A DNA stretch of 64,000 nucleotides from contig OX597825.1 of NCBI GenBank assembly GCA_951406725.2, positions 2,108,001 through 2,172,000 on the forward strand, given 5' to 3'. Of this stretch, positions 39,533-51,434 are shown piece after piece; the first letter of the stretch is position 1, and the number at the start of each line of letters is the position of its first letter. This stretch comes from Octopus vulgaris (lineage: Eukaryota). Made by a program: the position numbers and the translations under genes. A model generated the notes under the pieces. It saw nothing but the letters and a program-made list of their open reading frames with translations, made no database searches and was not told the DNA's origin.

Positions 39533-42500
39533 CTGTAAGAGAGTGACTAGTATGTTTTGTTTAGTTCTCCCTTGCTCTATACCAGTCTATTGTGGGGCCT
39601 TTTTGTGTATATTTAACGATATTTTTTTTTTTAGTTGCATACATCTTCTGTACAAGTTTTCTTGTTTAATATACCTGTCAAAGTCCGATTTTATGTTGTC
39701 TCAATTCTGTCACCAGTTTCCTTGTCTAGACTTCTTAATTCATTTAGCGACCAGTTTTAAAAAATTACCAACACTTATTACTAGGACGCTACTAAAATTA
39801 TGCTTATTACTTTTTACCCATTTTGCTCTGATTTAAGTATAAATGTAAAATGGCGATAATAATTTTCCGTCATAAAGTGTCTTTATGTGTGTTCAACTCA
39901 ATGTGATTCATTGATTACTAAATATTTGTAAGACTGTGTCTAGTCTAATTCCGTTTCTTTACGCAGCATATAAGCATTATTTTTTTCGTCTGAAGGGAAT
40001 CCTTGACGTATTTTTCTAATTCATATATCGTATAACTCATATGTGGCCAGGTTGCCATCTTCCCCAATGGCAAGTGGGCCCCATGCGCCTTTAGAATCCA
40101 TATATGGGAGCCCATTTTAGTATCTAAGGGTCCCATCCCCTCAATTTTGAGAATTTTTTATTCGAGGCACCATTTGAGAAAATATGAGGGCACCATTTGA
40201 ATAAATTTATTGTCGATGGACATTTGAGAAAAGTTGGTATCGAAGGAATATTTGAAAAAAATTGGTATCGACAAAGAGTGAGTGGGTATAACGTAACCAA
40301 ATATTATGCTGCTATATTAAATTTCGAATTAGAAGCAGAGAGAAATATAATAATGTTACCATACATTCTTGATAATTTTCGTCACACATGAAATCCGTTG
40401 GGAGTTATGACTATTATTATAATTTAGTTTTTATTTAGCTACGGGTCGTCACTACGAAGCAAATTTTTTAATAGCATTCCAGCTATAATCACCTTGATGG
40501 CTTAGTATTAAGTGATATCTAGGATTAAATGTGACAAATCCGTTTTAAAGAGGGTAGTGTGTAGAGGGAGGGATTTGAAGAAAATTTGGCTGTTATTTCT
40601 TGCGTGTCAAGAAATTGCATCGAGGCATTTGCATTGCGTTGATTATAGAAAATAGTAATCCAGTTAGAGAATGTTAATTTATTGCTTCTTGGTTAACCGT
40701 TTCTCGTCCTTCAACGTTACGTGATACAAATTAGATTGTCAAATTTTCGAAATGTCTGTAGTCTCTCCACCACCATCGTGGTTCGATGGTCTAACCCGTA
40801 AGGGATTTTCGAAATTTTGTTTGGAAATGCCAGATGCCTCTGCCAATCCAATATTGTTTAATTGATTAATTAGAAGCTAGCAACCAATGAAAGTTTGACC
40901 ACCATCGTTATAAAAGAAATCACATAGCTATGCCCTATCCTACCAAGAAATTAACACGGTGAGTGTCACTTTAACACGTCGATTGTAACAGACGCGTGCT
41001 CAAAGGTAAATGTAACCTATTTAATGCGGACTAATGTGCATATAATGTTTTTTTTTTTTATTGTTGTAGCAAACGCAGTTAATTTCCCTGCTTAATATTG
41101 GTATATTTATTATGTTGCTATCACAGCCAACTCACAATGTAGATGACTCATTGAGGGAGGTTGAAAAGCTGTCTGTTTGTTGCTGTGCTTCAGATCAATG
41201 TTACTATTGTTTGAGCTTGAGAAGACAACAGGCCAAAGTTTTACAGTCTTGACTGACCTGTCTCCATTTCAAAAGTAGCATATCTACGTCTATCCATAAT
41301 ACCCTCCCAAACCTAATACAGTGTGCAAGATTCGGTTGCTGCTGATGAAACTCATTGCAGTCACATCCTCGGACCGTATTTTCTAATAGAAATACTGGAT
41401 GCATCCATGACTCAGAAGTGATTGACAGTATTACATTACAAAACTATTTGTTCCTATTTATTCTTTTCCTCTTGGAAGTAGGCAGGGATACAGAATGACA
41501 TTTAGAGCGGTAGTAGAGTTACAAACCATTAGAGAATGTCAGTCATATTATTTTCTTTTCATAGACTGGCATAACGCATATCAAAACCTTTATATATTAC
41601 ATAAGTACCTCTGATTCATAAAGTGCGGTAGTTCAAGACTCTTTTCTCAATCTTGTGCTGATGAAATGCACGTCAGTCCTAGCAACAGCGACCTATGATC
41701 AAATACATTCTATCACTAACGGTTCTGTCTTTCTTCCCGTCAGTTCTTCGTGTCGTAAGACGGCAGGATGTGATTTAAAAGAGATTTAGCTGTTATTTGT
41801 TGCAGTTTAGTGTTTCTCATGAACAGTGACACTGAAACCCTATTTTTCTCTCATCTATTGCTTTTATATTATTACATTAGCCAGTGTCTCTGTCTCTCTG
41901 AAAGTCAGTGGCGTGGGATTAAATGTAATTCGGCTGCTATTTCTAGCATAAAGAGCGAAAACTTTGCTGTTATCGCATGAACTTCCAGTGGTACTGTTCT
42001 TTAGTGCCAGGTCAGTCCTGATCCTATTTAGCTATTATGAAAGTGAGTCTAGCCGTGACCATCTCGTCATTTTGCTATGCACATGGAATCCGGGCCCACG
42101 TTATCGAATCTTTTTTCCTGAGACTGTTGTATATGATTTATACGGAAAGAATTAAGATTGTATCTCTTGTTCGGGTGACGAGGTACAGCTTTTTTCTTCT
42201 TTTTGAAACGTTAAATCCTCTGGTTGAAGCTGTCCCAGATACAGGCATCAAACGATTAAAATCTGACACTTTAGAATTACGATATCATAACTGTTCTAAA
42301 TATTAATAAAAATAAAAGTAAAGCCACCGAAGAGAGATTGTACACATGTGCATGACTTATTTGGAATAGCAGCTATATCTCCTCAGTAATTCAGCCGTAA
42401 TAAAATAGCAAACACACATTCTATGCTGATGTCCTGGGTATACAAAACCCAAGATGGATGTTCATTGCTGGATTATATTTTAAAAATAGATTTACTCCAC

Positions 42501-42870
42501 GAAGCAGATTACCGTTTATACAACTGTCATTAATAAGAAAACGAATGAGAAAGCCTCCTCATGACTGAATGATACGTTAGATATAGCAGTCTTTTATCTT
42601 AAAGAAGGAAAGATGTTTTTTTTTCATCTTAGAATTATATATACAAGTGTCCTAATCAAAGATGCCGATGTCAATGGAATATCTCGTATGATACGTGAGT
42701 TCCATAAGTTTGACCTGACGCTATAAACAAACAGCAATAACAAAAATAAACCCAACATAAATAAGGAGTCACTATGTGACAGATCAGCCTGCCAGAAACA
42801 AGAGGCAAAAGTCCCTCGAATCGTATATAAACTACCGTCTTAAATGAGTAAAACAAATAAGACAATATGA

Positions 42871-43038
42871 CAGGCGTGACTGTGGAGTAAGAAGTGACCT
42901 TCCCAGCCACACGGTTCTGGACGCATTCCCTCCACGTGGAATTTTAGATAGATAACATTTGCTGTAACCGCGGGCCAACCAGGTCCTTCTGAGTGGATTT
43001 GATGGACGGAAAGTGGAAGAAAGAAACCCGTCATATGT

Positions 43039-43070
<32 letters not shown>

Positions 43071-43262
43071 TACTGATAGCAATGGTAAGACAACCAAAGG
43101 ATTAAAGAGACCTCGATATTATGTAAATAGAGGAATTTATCTGTAAATGTAATATGTGACAATTATTCGGTAGCCATGATAAAACTCCGGCTATTTAAAT
43201 TCCTCTATTTATATAATGTCGAGGTCTTTTTCATTCATTTGTTGTCTTACCATTTCTATCAG

Positions 43263-43350
<88 letters not shown>

Positions 43351-43510
43351 GAGTGTATTTGGTATATGGAAACTGAATGAAGCCTGTAGTATACGTATTT
43401 AGCAAAGTGCCTTTTAGTGTCTCAGTTCGTCTCCCTTCTCCGCTTGACAACCGGCGTTGGTGTGTTTACGTTATCGTTAGCTAGCGGTTCAACGAAAGAA
43501 CCGATAGATT
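42871..43510 (+). mobile_element. SINE family A copy or copies interrupted in the TA linker by the 43071-43264 fold-back insert
   Basis: Head at 42871-43035, resuming at 43351-43510; tail fragment at 43700-43795. Confidence 0.7.
43071..43264. mobile_element. Fold-back fragment of a hammerhead-bearing (Penelope-like) repeat
   Basis: 43071-43139 and 43196-43264 are inverted. 43128-43190 is the reverse complement of 44088-44150, the 3' side of the hammerhead there. Flanked by (TA)n. Confidence 0.75.
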
Positions 43511-43839
43511 GTGACATCTGCTAAAAGTAACAGCGAAATAGCCTTAAATTACGCATCAGTTATTTTTGTTTGCTTTTTTGCAGAAACGCATGAATCCTCG
43601 TGTGTAGAATAAAGATTTGCAAACACTTTCTGAAAATTCTCCAAAAGTTAAAAAAAAAGAACGTTATGATTGGTTAGTTGGCGCGCTTAAAACAGAATTC
43701 CGCCAAAGAAAGTACTGGATCCATATTTACTCGCCCCAAATCCCTGTAAGTGGTGCTCCAGCATGGACGTACTTTCATGACTGAAATAAGTAAGAGATAA
43801 AAGATGCATATTTTTATGTATGAATGCATGTGCGCGCGC

Positions 43840-43885
<46 letters not shown>

Positions 43886-43964
43886 GCACACACAAAGAAA
43901 AGTGTCGAAACAATTGTCGTGGTTAATAATAAATTCTTGTATATTCCCTCTTCCGGTCTTTATT

Positions 43965-44009
<45 letters not shown>

Positions 44010-44031
44010 TAGACATAGATATACCATTTTA

Positions 44032-44109
44032 CGGTTGCCTCTATAACTAACGTGATGCTGGAGGTTTCCTCTCCGACATCCGAAACTCGGAGTCTTATCA
44101 TGGCAACCG
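44032..44109 (+). ncRNA. Degenerate type I hammerhead ribozyme
   Basis: Stem I CGGTTGCC..ATAA / TTAT..GGCAACCG. Core CTAACGT (44047-44053), two changes from CTGACGA. Long stem II GATG.TGGAG/CTCC..CATC. GAAA (44082-44085), stem III CTC-G-GAG, GUC site at 44092-44094. Confidence 0.7.
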
Positions 44110-44349
44110 AATAATTATCACATCTTATATTACAGATAAATTCCTCTAGAAATATTGACAAAGTCTACAACAGACCTCACAACAATTCATTGATTTAACA
44201 CAGACAAAAAAAATCATACTTTGCAATGAAGCTTTTGTATACAATATACTGATTCTAAAAATAAGATGGGCTGGTCATGGTTGGAGTACAATTTGTTCGT
44301 CCATCTTTTCTATTACAACTGACCAGGCATTAAAGTAGAAAAATAAGCG

Positions 44350-44388
<39 letters not shown>

Positions 44389-44806
44389 CACCATCATCGT
44401 CGTCGTCGTCGTCATCGTCGCCTTTGTCATTGTCGGCGTCGTTTTCGTTTTCGTCGTCGTCGTTGTCGTTCTACTCCTCCCCTCCTCCTCCTCATCATCA
44501 CCATCATCAACAACAGCGACGACAACCAAAAAGAACGAGAGTGAAAACCGTAACGGTGACAATAATAATATAAACGTGGTGAATTGTGGATTTATGAGAG
44601 CCGACTGCTGAGAGCGGAGAACTTGTGTGTGATTGAAGAGAGCGACTCTTGAAAGCAGAGCTTCTGGCATGAAGTTGGCTCCGGTTCAGCGGTTCAGGTG
44701 CGATGCTCACCGCCGTTTCGTTTCGTTTCTTTTCAATTGAAAATTTTTGTATAGCCGAGATACTGTTTTTTTTTTCGTTCCACAGCAATTCCGTTGCAAA
44801 TAATGG

Positions 44807-44837
<31 letters not shown>

Positions 44838-45135
44838 CTTCTTCTTCTTCTTCTTCTTCTTCTTCTTTTTCTTCTTCTTTTTCTTCTTCTTTCTCCTCTT
44901 TCCCCTCCTCTCCCTCCCCTCCACCTTCTTCTGCTTCTTCTTATCATCATCATCATAAACACTACCAGCACCACCATCCACCTCCTCTTCCTCCTCCTCC
45001 TCCCCTCCCCATCCCTCCGTTTCCTCCGCCACCACCACCACCGCCGCCACCACAACCACCACCACCATCACCACCTCCTCCTCCTCCTCGCCCTTGCTGT
45101 TGTTATCATTGTTGTTTTTGTTAAAGTTGCTATTG

Positions 45136-45223
<88 letters not shown>

Positions 45224-45249
45224 CATTATTATTATTATCATCATCATCA

Positions 45250-45280
<31 letters not shown>

Positions 45281-45300
45281 TATTATTATTATTATTAGTG
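44350..45300. repeat. Compound trinucleotide microsatellite cluster: (CAT)n, (CGT)n, (CTT)n, (CCT)n, (CAC)n, (ATT)n
   Basis: Direct reading; explains the long homopolymeric ORFs on both strands. Confidence 0.95.
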
Positions 45301-48149
45301 TTACTATTTCCTCCACTACACATAAGAAGATTTCCTGTGTGCAAACTGCTGTTTGATTTTAGATGCAACACCATGCAGTATACCAATCAAATTTACCATT
45401 TTTATTTCATACAGGTATTCGATCTTACACACTCGTGCACACGAACTTACATTGCTCCAATATGTGCGTGTACGTGTGTGTGTATGTGTGGGCGTGTGAA
45501 TATGTATACATATACGAAATATATATGAATGCATTTAAGTCGTTGTGTGTGTACGTGAATTCCTGTTAGATATATAACGTGTTCCGCATTAACAAAAGCA
45601 AATTATACATACATGTATACATTTTCTATTTTTTCTTCCCATAAACTAGGGTTTATGAAAATGGAGAAGAAAAACGAAGCATCAAGCGATGACTTGTTGA
45701 ATTTGTTGGCAATATCTCGTACCTGTAAGCAGAACTCAGTTGTCTTCGTCAAAATGCACGTTGTAAAATCGAATGGTTAGAACTGATCAAGATTAATGAC
45801 TTTCAGACGGAAATAGAGCTTTAAAAAGAGAAAAATAGACAATAAAAAACAGCAGATGAAGATTTGGAATTGTGCGAGGCAAATAATATTTTAAGTAAAC
45901 TTTTAGGGGAGGATATAATAAAAAGAGATAAAGCAAGCAACTCTTCTACAAGAAAGCTTTGTAAACGCATTGAAAGAACAGTTTGATAATCAACACATCT
46001 GCCAACTGACGGCAATTATAAAAGAGAAATAAAACAAGGCAAAAAAGGAAGGAAAAGAAGAAAGCAGCCATAAATATGGAGTTGAAAGAAACAAGATGAA
46101 AGAGCGAAAGAGTAATATAGGGAACTATGAGTGGGTGGTGGTGGTGGTGGTGGTGTGGGAGACATGGAGAGATTTCGGTTGAGAAAAGTGATTGGAAAGC
46201 AGAAAATGAAACTACGTAATTGTTGTTTAACATCCAGCCATCATTCTGCAATAGAAAATGAAAAAGTAAAACAAAAATGGTAAAACCGTCAGAAAAGGAA
46301 ACAGTAATAAATATGGACATAAAGGAAGAATAAAAAAAAAGTCGCTGAAGAACGAAACGCATGAGTTATTGGCGGTGGTGGCGGTGGTGGGTGGTGGGGA
46401 CGGTGGTTGTTGTCAGACGTTTTGGTGATGATGCTGATAGTGATGCTGATGTTTGCGTAAAGTGTCGGTGAGGTTGGTGGCAGCGTTGGTGATGGTAGCC
46501 GAGCGAATGATAAAACAACATGACATAAGCAAGTGGCAGCAAAGGAAGATGAAAGAAACAGAACAAAATTGAAACACGAAACACAAAAGAATCTGTGAAA
46601 GACATGGAATGCTGTTCGCCATCACCGAAAATATGAAGTCGACAATATGCGTGAATAAATAATTTATCTATTCTGCTCGACATCAGAGTGTAGGAAGTGG
46701 TTTTAATGATAGAGTATTAGAAAATAATACAACAAACATACATAACGAGTAGTTGGAATAGTCCAAATATTCATCATAATCACCGATATTAATATTCTGA
46801 GAAAGATGGAGAAGGAGAAAGAAAAAGAGGAAGACTGTGATATTAAAACAACTCTGTATATATAAACATCCAATATTGCTCTTAAACTGTTGTCAATTTG
46901 AGGATCAAACCTTGAAGTTCAAGAGTCAAATTCACCATAAACCCGATACCTAATATATCCTGTAATTCTCCAGGGATTATTGTTTTCGAAGTTTTGGGAG
47001 AAAGAAAGCTCCTTTCATATCATCTCATTTGAATGGCAAGATATGTTTTTTCTAGCAACGCTGAACAAAGATGAATATAATTAGAGCCATATATTATGAT
47101 GCTGCACATGCAAGAAACCTACAAAGTCTCTACTTAACGACAAAGATAACCATTATGTGCGTTATGTTAACTTAGTTTCCTCTTATAAGATATTTAGAAG
47201 AATCACACGTTTTGAGGATAGAAACATAGTTTATAAAGGAAATACATTGCTGAGCATGCTTCGGCCGGAAAATCTTTGTTGATCTTGTTTCCATAAAAAC
47301 AAAATCAAAGACATTTTTCAACCGAGCAGTGTATTCGCAAAATCATTTCAGCATCGAACATCGTAGCTTGGGCAGTATTGTCTTACGGCTGTTTATGTTC
47401 CGAGTTCACATTCTACTGATCATTTATTTTTAATTCTTATTGGATTAATAAGATAAATTACCAGTAAAGTGGTTTATATTCGCCTGTAAGAAAATACTTC
47501 AGAGGATCCCGGATCCCGAGTGAAGCTTCCTGGTGCTATTTGTGCTACACGAGTCACACTTGACTGGTTATGAGTGTCATCCATTGGACTGATATTTTAT
47601 TTGTAAGACATAATGATTGAAGAATGACCAACAAATCCTATAATTAAAAAATATATGGAATGAATTGCATCAGATTCCTAGCTTTGTGTGTCGTCGAATC
47701 TTTCGGAAGTGGTACGTAAATGTCAGTACACGGCCTCAGATACAATAAATGAGAGATAATTTATTCTTACAATGTTACATATAAATTCATTTGCATTTCT
47801 AAAATATTTTGCATACACGCTACATAATTTGGACTGTTAATTTTTCTAATATTTTGAATATATTTCGAATTTAATAAGAATTCATAGCACATAATACCTG
47901 CATATTTTACATGTGCAAACAATGTCAAATGTGGAAAAAAGAAAGATTAAAGTATTTTTAGTATTCTATGGAACTTGAAAGCTCAGACTAATTTCTTGAA
48001 GTCGTGATTTTTCTTTTTAATAAAAAAAAAAATAATAACAGCTTCATATACAATTTATATATTTTACATAAAATTCTTTGCCAATATCGTTATAGAAGTG
48101 AGTAGTAATATCAACATACTCGAATACAAATTTAAATGTGGATCCATGA

Positions 48150-49030
48150 AGGTAAAATTGTAAATGAGGAATTTCGTTAAAAGATTTAAACATCAAAAGC
48201 TCTCGCACAATGTTTTTGATCTTCCATCATTCTTGTAACTCAATAGAGTCTCCCGACGACTATGCGTAACATAGAATGAAAAGTTCCTGGGAAGATGTTA
48301 CACAGGAGAGAATTAATTTGGAAGTGAGTGCAGAGTTATACTCTATGTAAGATGAGAAGATCTTTTTGTTAATATTATCTCTATCTGCTAGTTATCCGCT
48401 CCTCCACAACTTTGCCATTATCACCAGAGAGTATGATCGGATACTTACTGCACCAAGTGCAGCAAATTAAAAACAGAGAAAGCTACCATTCTCCTACAGT
48501 TGTTCTCGGTGATGTACAACAAGGCGCTGTTTGCTGAGCCGCATTAGAAATATTGTTTAATGCGTAAAGATCTTCAATGTATCGTCATTTCCAGGATGAG
48601 CGGCAACTGCAACTCTCAGTCGACAGAGTATTTGTGCAACGAACTCTGATATTCTTGAACCATGATGCTACGGCTACCAAATTTAAGGAATTTTCGTTTC
48701 AGATAAATAAAAGGATAATCAAAAGTCGAACAATTTTTGACATTTGAATGAGGACTAATGGTTGGGTTCCACTTATTTGGCCAACAAGATTTTGGTCAAA
48801 TTTTAGTTTACTGAAGCAGCTTTCTATTGCATTGGCCATGTGGGATTGCAGAGGGGACAATGCAAGGACAGACAACACCACAGTGGGGACAAAAGCATAA
48901 AATGGATGACAGGAAATGTATAAAATGTATAAATTTAACGATAATGAAATGGATGCATTGAGCCTCACTCTCAAGCAGTACCATTTGAAGTTTTTAATCT
49001 TTTTACATACAGTTTTTAATCGTTTTCTTT
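48150..49030 (+). pseudogene. Possible highly decayed hAT transposase remnant
   Basis: Weak ordered motifs VNEEF, EYD, WPTRFWS (cf. TRW) and a following hydrophobic helix; truncated at the LINE remnant. Confidence 0.25.
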
Positions 49031-49070
49031 TTCCAATTTTTTTCTCTATTAGCATCATATTCATATTCTA

Positions 49071-50400
49071 TTATTTTAACATGTACTTACTGTGTTTTGA
49101 AATCCTTAAAAGTTCTAATTCGTTGTAATCCACCACTGGTGGCAGTTTATCAAATTCTACTTCTGCACCCAGTGGGCCAATTTCTTTTCCAAACAAATCC
49201 CGCAGCTTCTCATATCTCTTCTTGTTCATTAAAACTCCTTTAACGTTTTCAGTGTATCTCTCCGCTGACAATTTTACCCTTACAATTGTTTTATATTTAG
49301 CTAGTCTGTTTTCGGCATCCGTACCCTTAGCATACGCAACCATAGCCCACCGAAACCTCTTCTGTTTCTCACTTGTTCGTTCTTGTTACACACCTGTACT
49401 GTCCCGAAAAGCCTGTTCTTCTGTTGGTGCTTCTCTTTCGCATTCTCTCTGGAGAATATCTCTAAGGTCTTTATCTTCTGCTGGTGTATCTCTTGCACAT
49501 CCTCGCTGGTAAAAAAAATCTCTAGTACCCGAATCCACCTCCGATTTTGCTGGTGATGATGTTATACTGCGTATTTCCTTCACTTCTCTATCTCTTGTTG
49601 GTGAAGCTGGTGTATTTATATTCCGCCAGAACTCTTTTGTGTCCGACTCCACTCCTTTCTCTTCTTCTCTGTCTGACTCTCCGACGGAGATCTCACGCGT
49701 CCCTTCCTCTTTCTTCTGTTTACCACAGTAACAGGTTCTTCCGCTTCCTCACCCTCTCCTACCGCCACTTCCGCCCTTTGTTCTTGTTCGACAATCTGCT
49801 GTTTCCGATGCTCCTCATCTTTGTTTTCCTTCTGTGGCACCTTGCCTTCATGTGCTCCTTCTCCCCACATTGGTAGCATGTTGGAGGTCTACCCTCCTCT
49901 ACCATTCTCAGTCTGTCATCTGGCACTAATATCTCCTCTGCAATTCCATGTAAGTCCCTTTGACTCACTTGTATGGCCATTTCAAGGCCATTACCCTATC
50001 AGCTCAACTTATTGGTTCTTTTAACTCTTAGTATCTTCGCTTCTTCTTCCATATTTTGCATTACTGCTGCTATCAGCTATGTCTCTTTAATTTCTGGGGG
50101 CATTCTGCACACCTTTACCCTATCCACGTAGTAATATTTCTTACATGTGGTTGGGATGTTTATTCTTCTTTTAAGCTGTCGCCCAGCTTTACACACAACA
50201 ACAGTTCTCTATGCAATGTTGGCAAATACTCTAGATCGGTAAAGATTCTCAGGCAGACAAGTATGAAATGGGAAAACGATGTCTCCAATAATTACTCTGA
50301 ATTTCTCGATCCTAAATTAAACCAACCCTAGATGTGGCACAAACCTCATGGATACAGTTATAATTCTGTTTTCCAGTGCTTCCATATGAACCACATCAGT
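49071..50400 (-). pseudogene. Fragmented non-LTR retrotransposon ORF1 (gag-like, CCHC zinc knuckle)
   Basis: GRPPT-CYQCGEKEHMKARC (CX2CX4HX4C, 49837-49878), upstream VKVCRMPPEIKE, and downstream charged low-complexity ORF pieces in shifting frames. Confidence 0.75.
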
Positions 50401-51434
50401 TACTCTAAAGAGCGCATTTGATGATAAGTTAAGTTTGATCTTAACCCGAAGGAAGCTATACTTGAAAACCGAAAGGAAAGTTTCATTCCTCTAAGAACAT
50501 AAGAGTTACCGATTATACCACCAGGTCAATTTTCAAATATTTTACTTGCATTTCTCATCTTTTATTTTTCATCGTGTCTAATATAAGTATTCCCAAAGAC
50601 GTACGTCAGTCATGAACACATCTTAAAATACTCTGATGAAAACCTATGGTAGGCACACACAGAATTACGGAGTATCTTTCAGAAAGTGTAATTATAGCAT
50701 GATGCAATGCAGGATAGCTTTCAACAAGCACCAGCCATATCCAGATGACTCAAATCAGTTCACACCGTAATAGACATTAATAATACTCACAACCATCCCA
50801 CGAACTTTTACAACTCCCTTCGGTTTTATAATGTCTCTTTCAGAATCTGAAGATAGAAATGGAAGCATTCATTATGCAGCATGTGATCGAAACCGCGATA
50901 ATGGCTATTTGTGCCTAAGGAGATATTTTCACCGCGCGCATTTTCTTTATTTCAATCGGAAATACTATTTCGTCATAAGCTCCTTTAGTTTCCTATGTCG
51001 CTCGCTTTTTCTGTGACCATCAACATGTGTCAGTGACATTTCTGGAGACCAATTGACAGAACCATGATTCACACATGGTCACCTCTATGTTCTCTGCTAA
51101 TGTGTTCTGCCAAACCGACACATTTTCAACGGAGCAGTAAACCGCAGAATATGAAATGTTATCACCATTGAGCTGTCACTGAATAATGCACAATTCTGTT
51201 AGAAATAGTTCCATTTAATTCCCATATTATAGAGACGAGTAAAAATTTAACTTCAGGTATGCTTTTGCATTACAAACTAAAATATGCTTACACACAAAAT
51301 ACTTTACATAACATTTTGCAATAAATATATCAATAAACATACGTTTATAAATAAATAAATAAATAAATCCATCCATCCATCCATCCATCCATTCATCCAT
51401 CCATTCATCCATCCATTCATTCATTCATTCATTG

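Noticed and set aside
41204-41404. Minus ORF with apparent splice sites
   Set aside because: IRFGRVLWID resembles the RWFGHVxR motif of RTE ORF2 C-termini, and its phase is incompatible with the 39532 exon; probably a LINE fossil.
44507-45528. 144-217 aa ORFs with poly-L/I/N/K/R
   Set aside because: Pure trinucleotide repeats open on both strands; no domain content.
50628-50676. CTGATGA followed by a small hairpin (hammerhead candidate)
   Set aside because: No GAAA directly after stem II and no stem III/NUH geometry.
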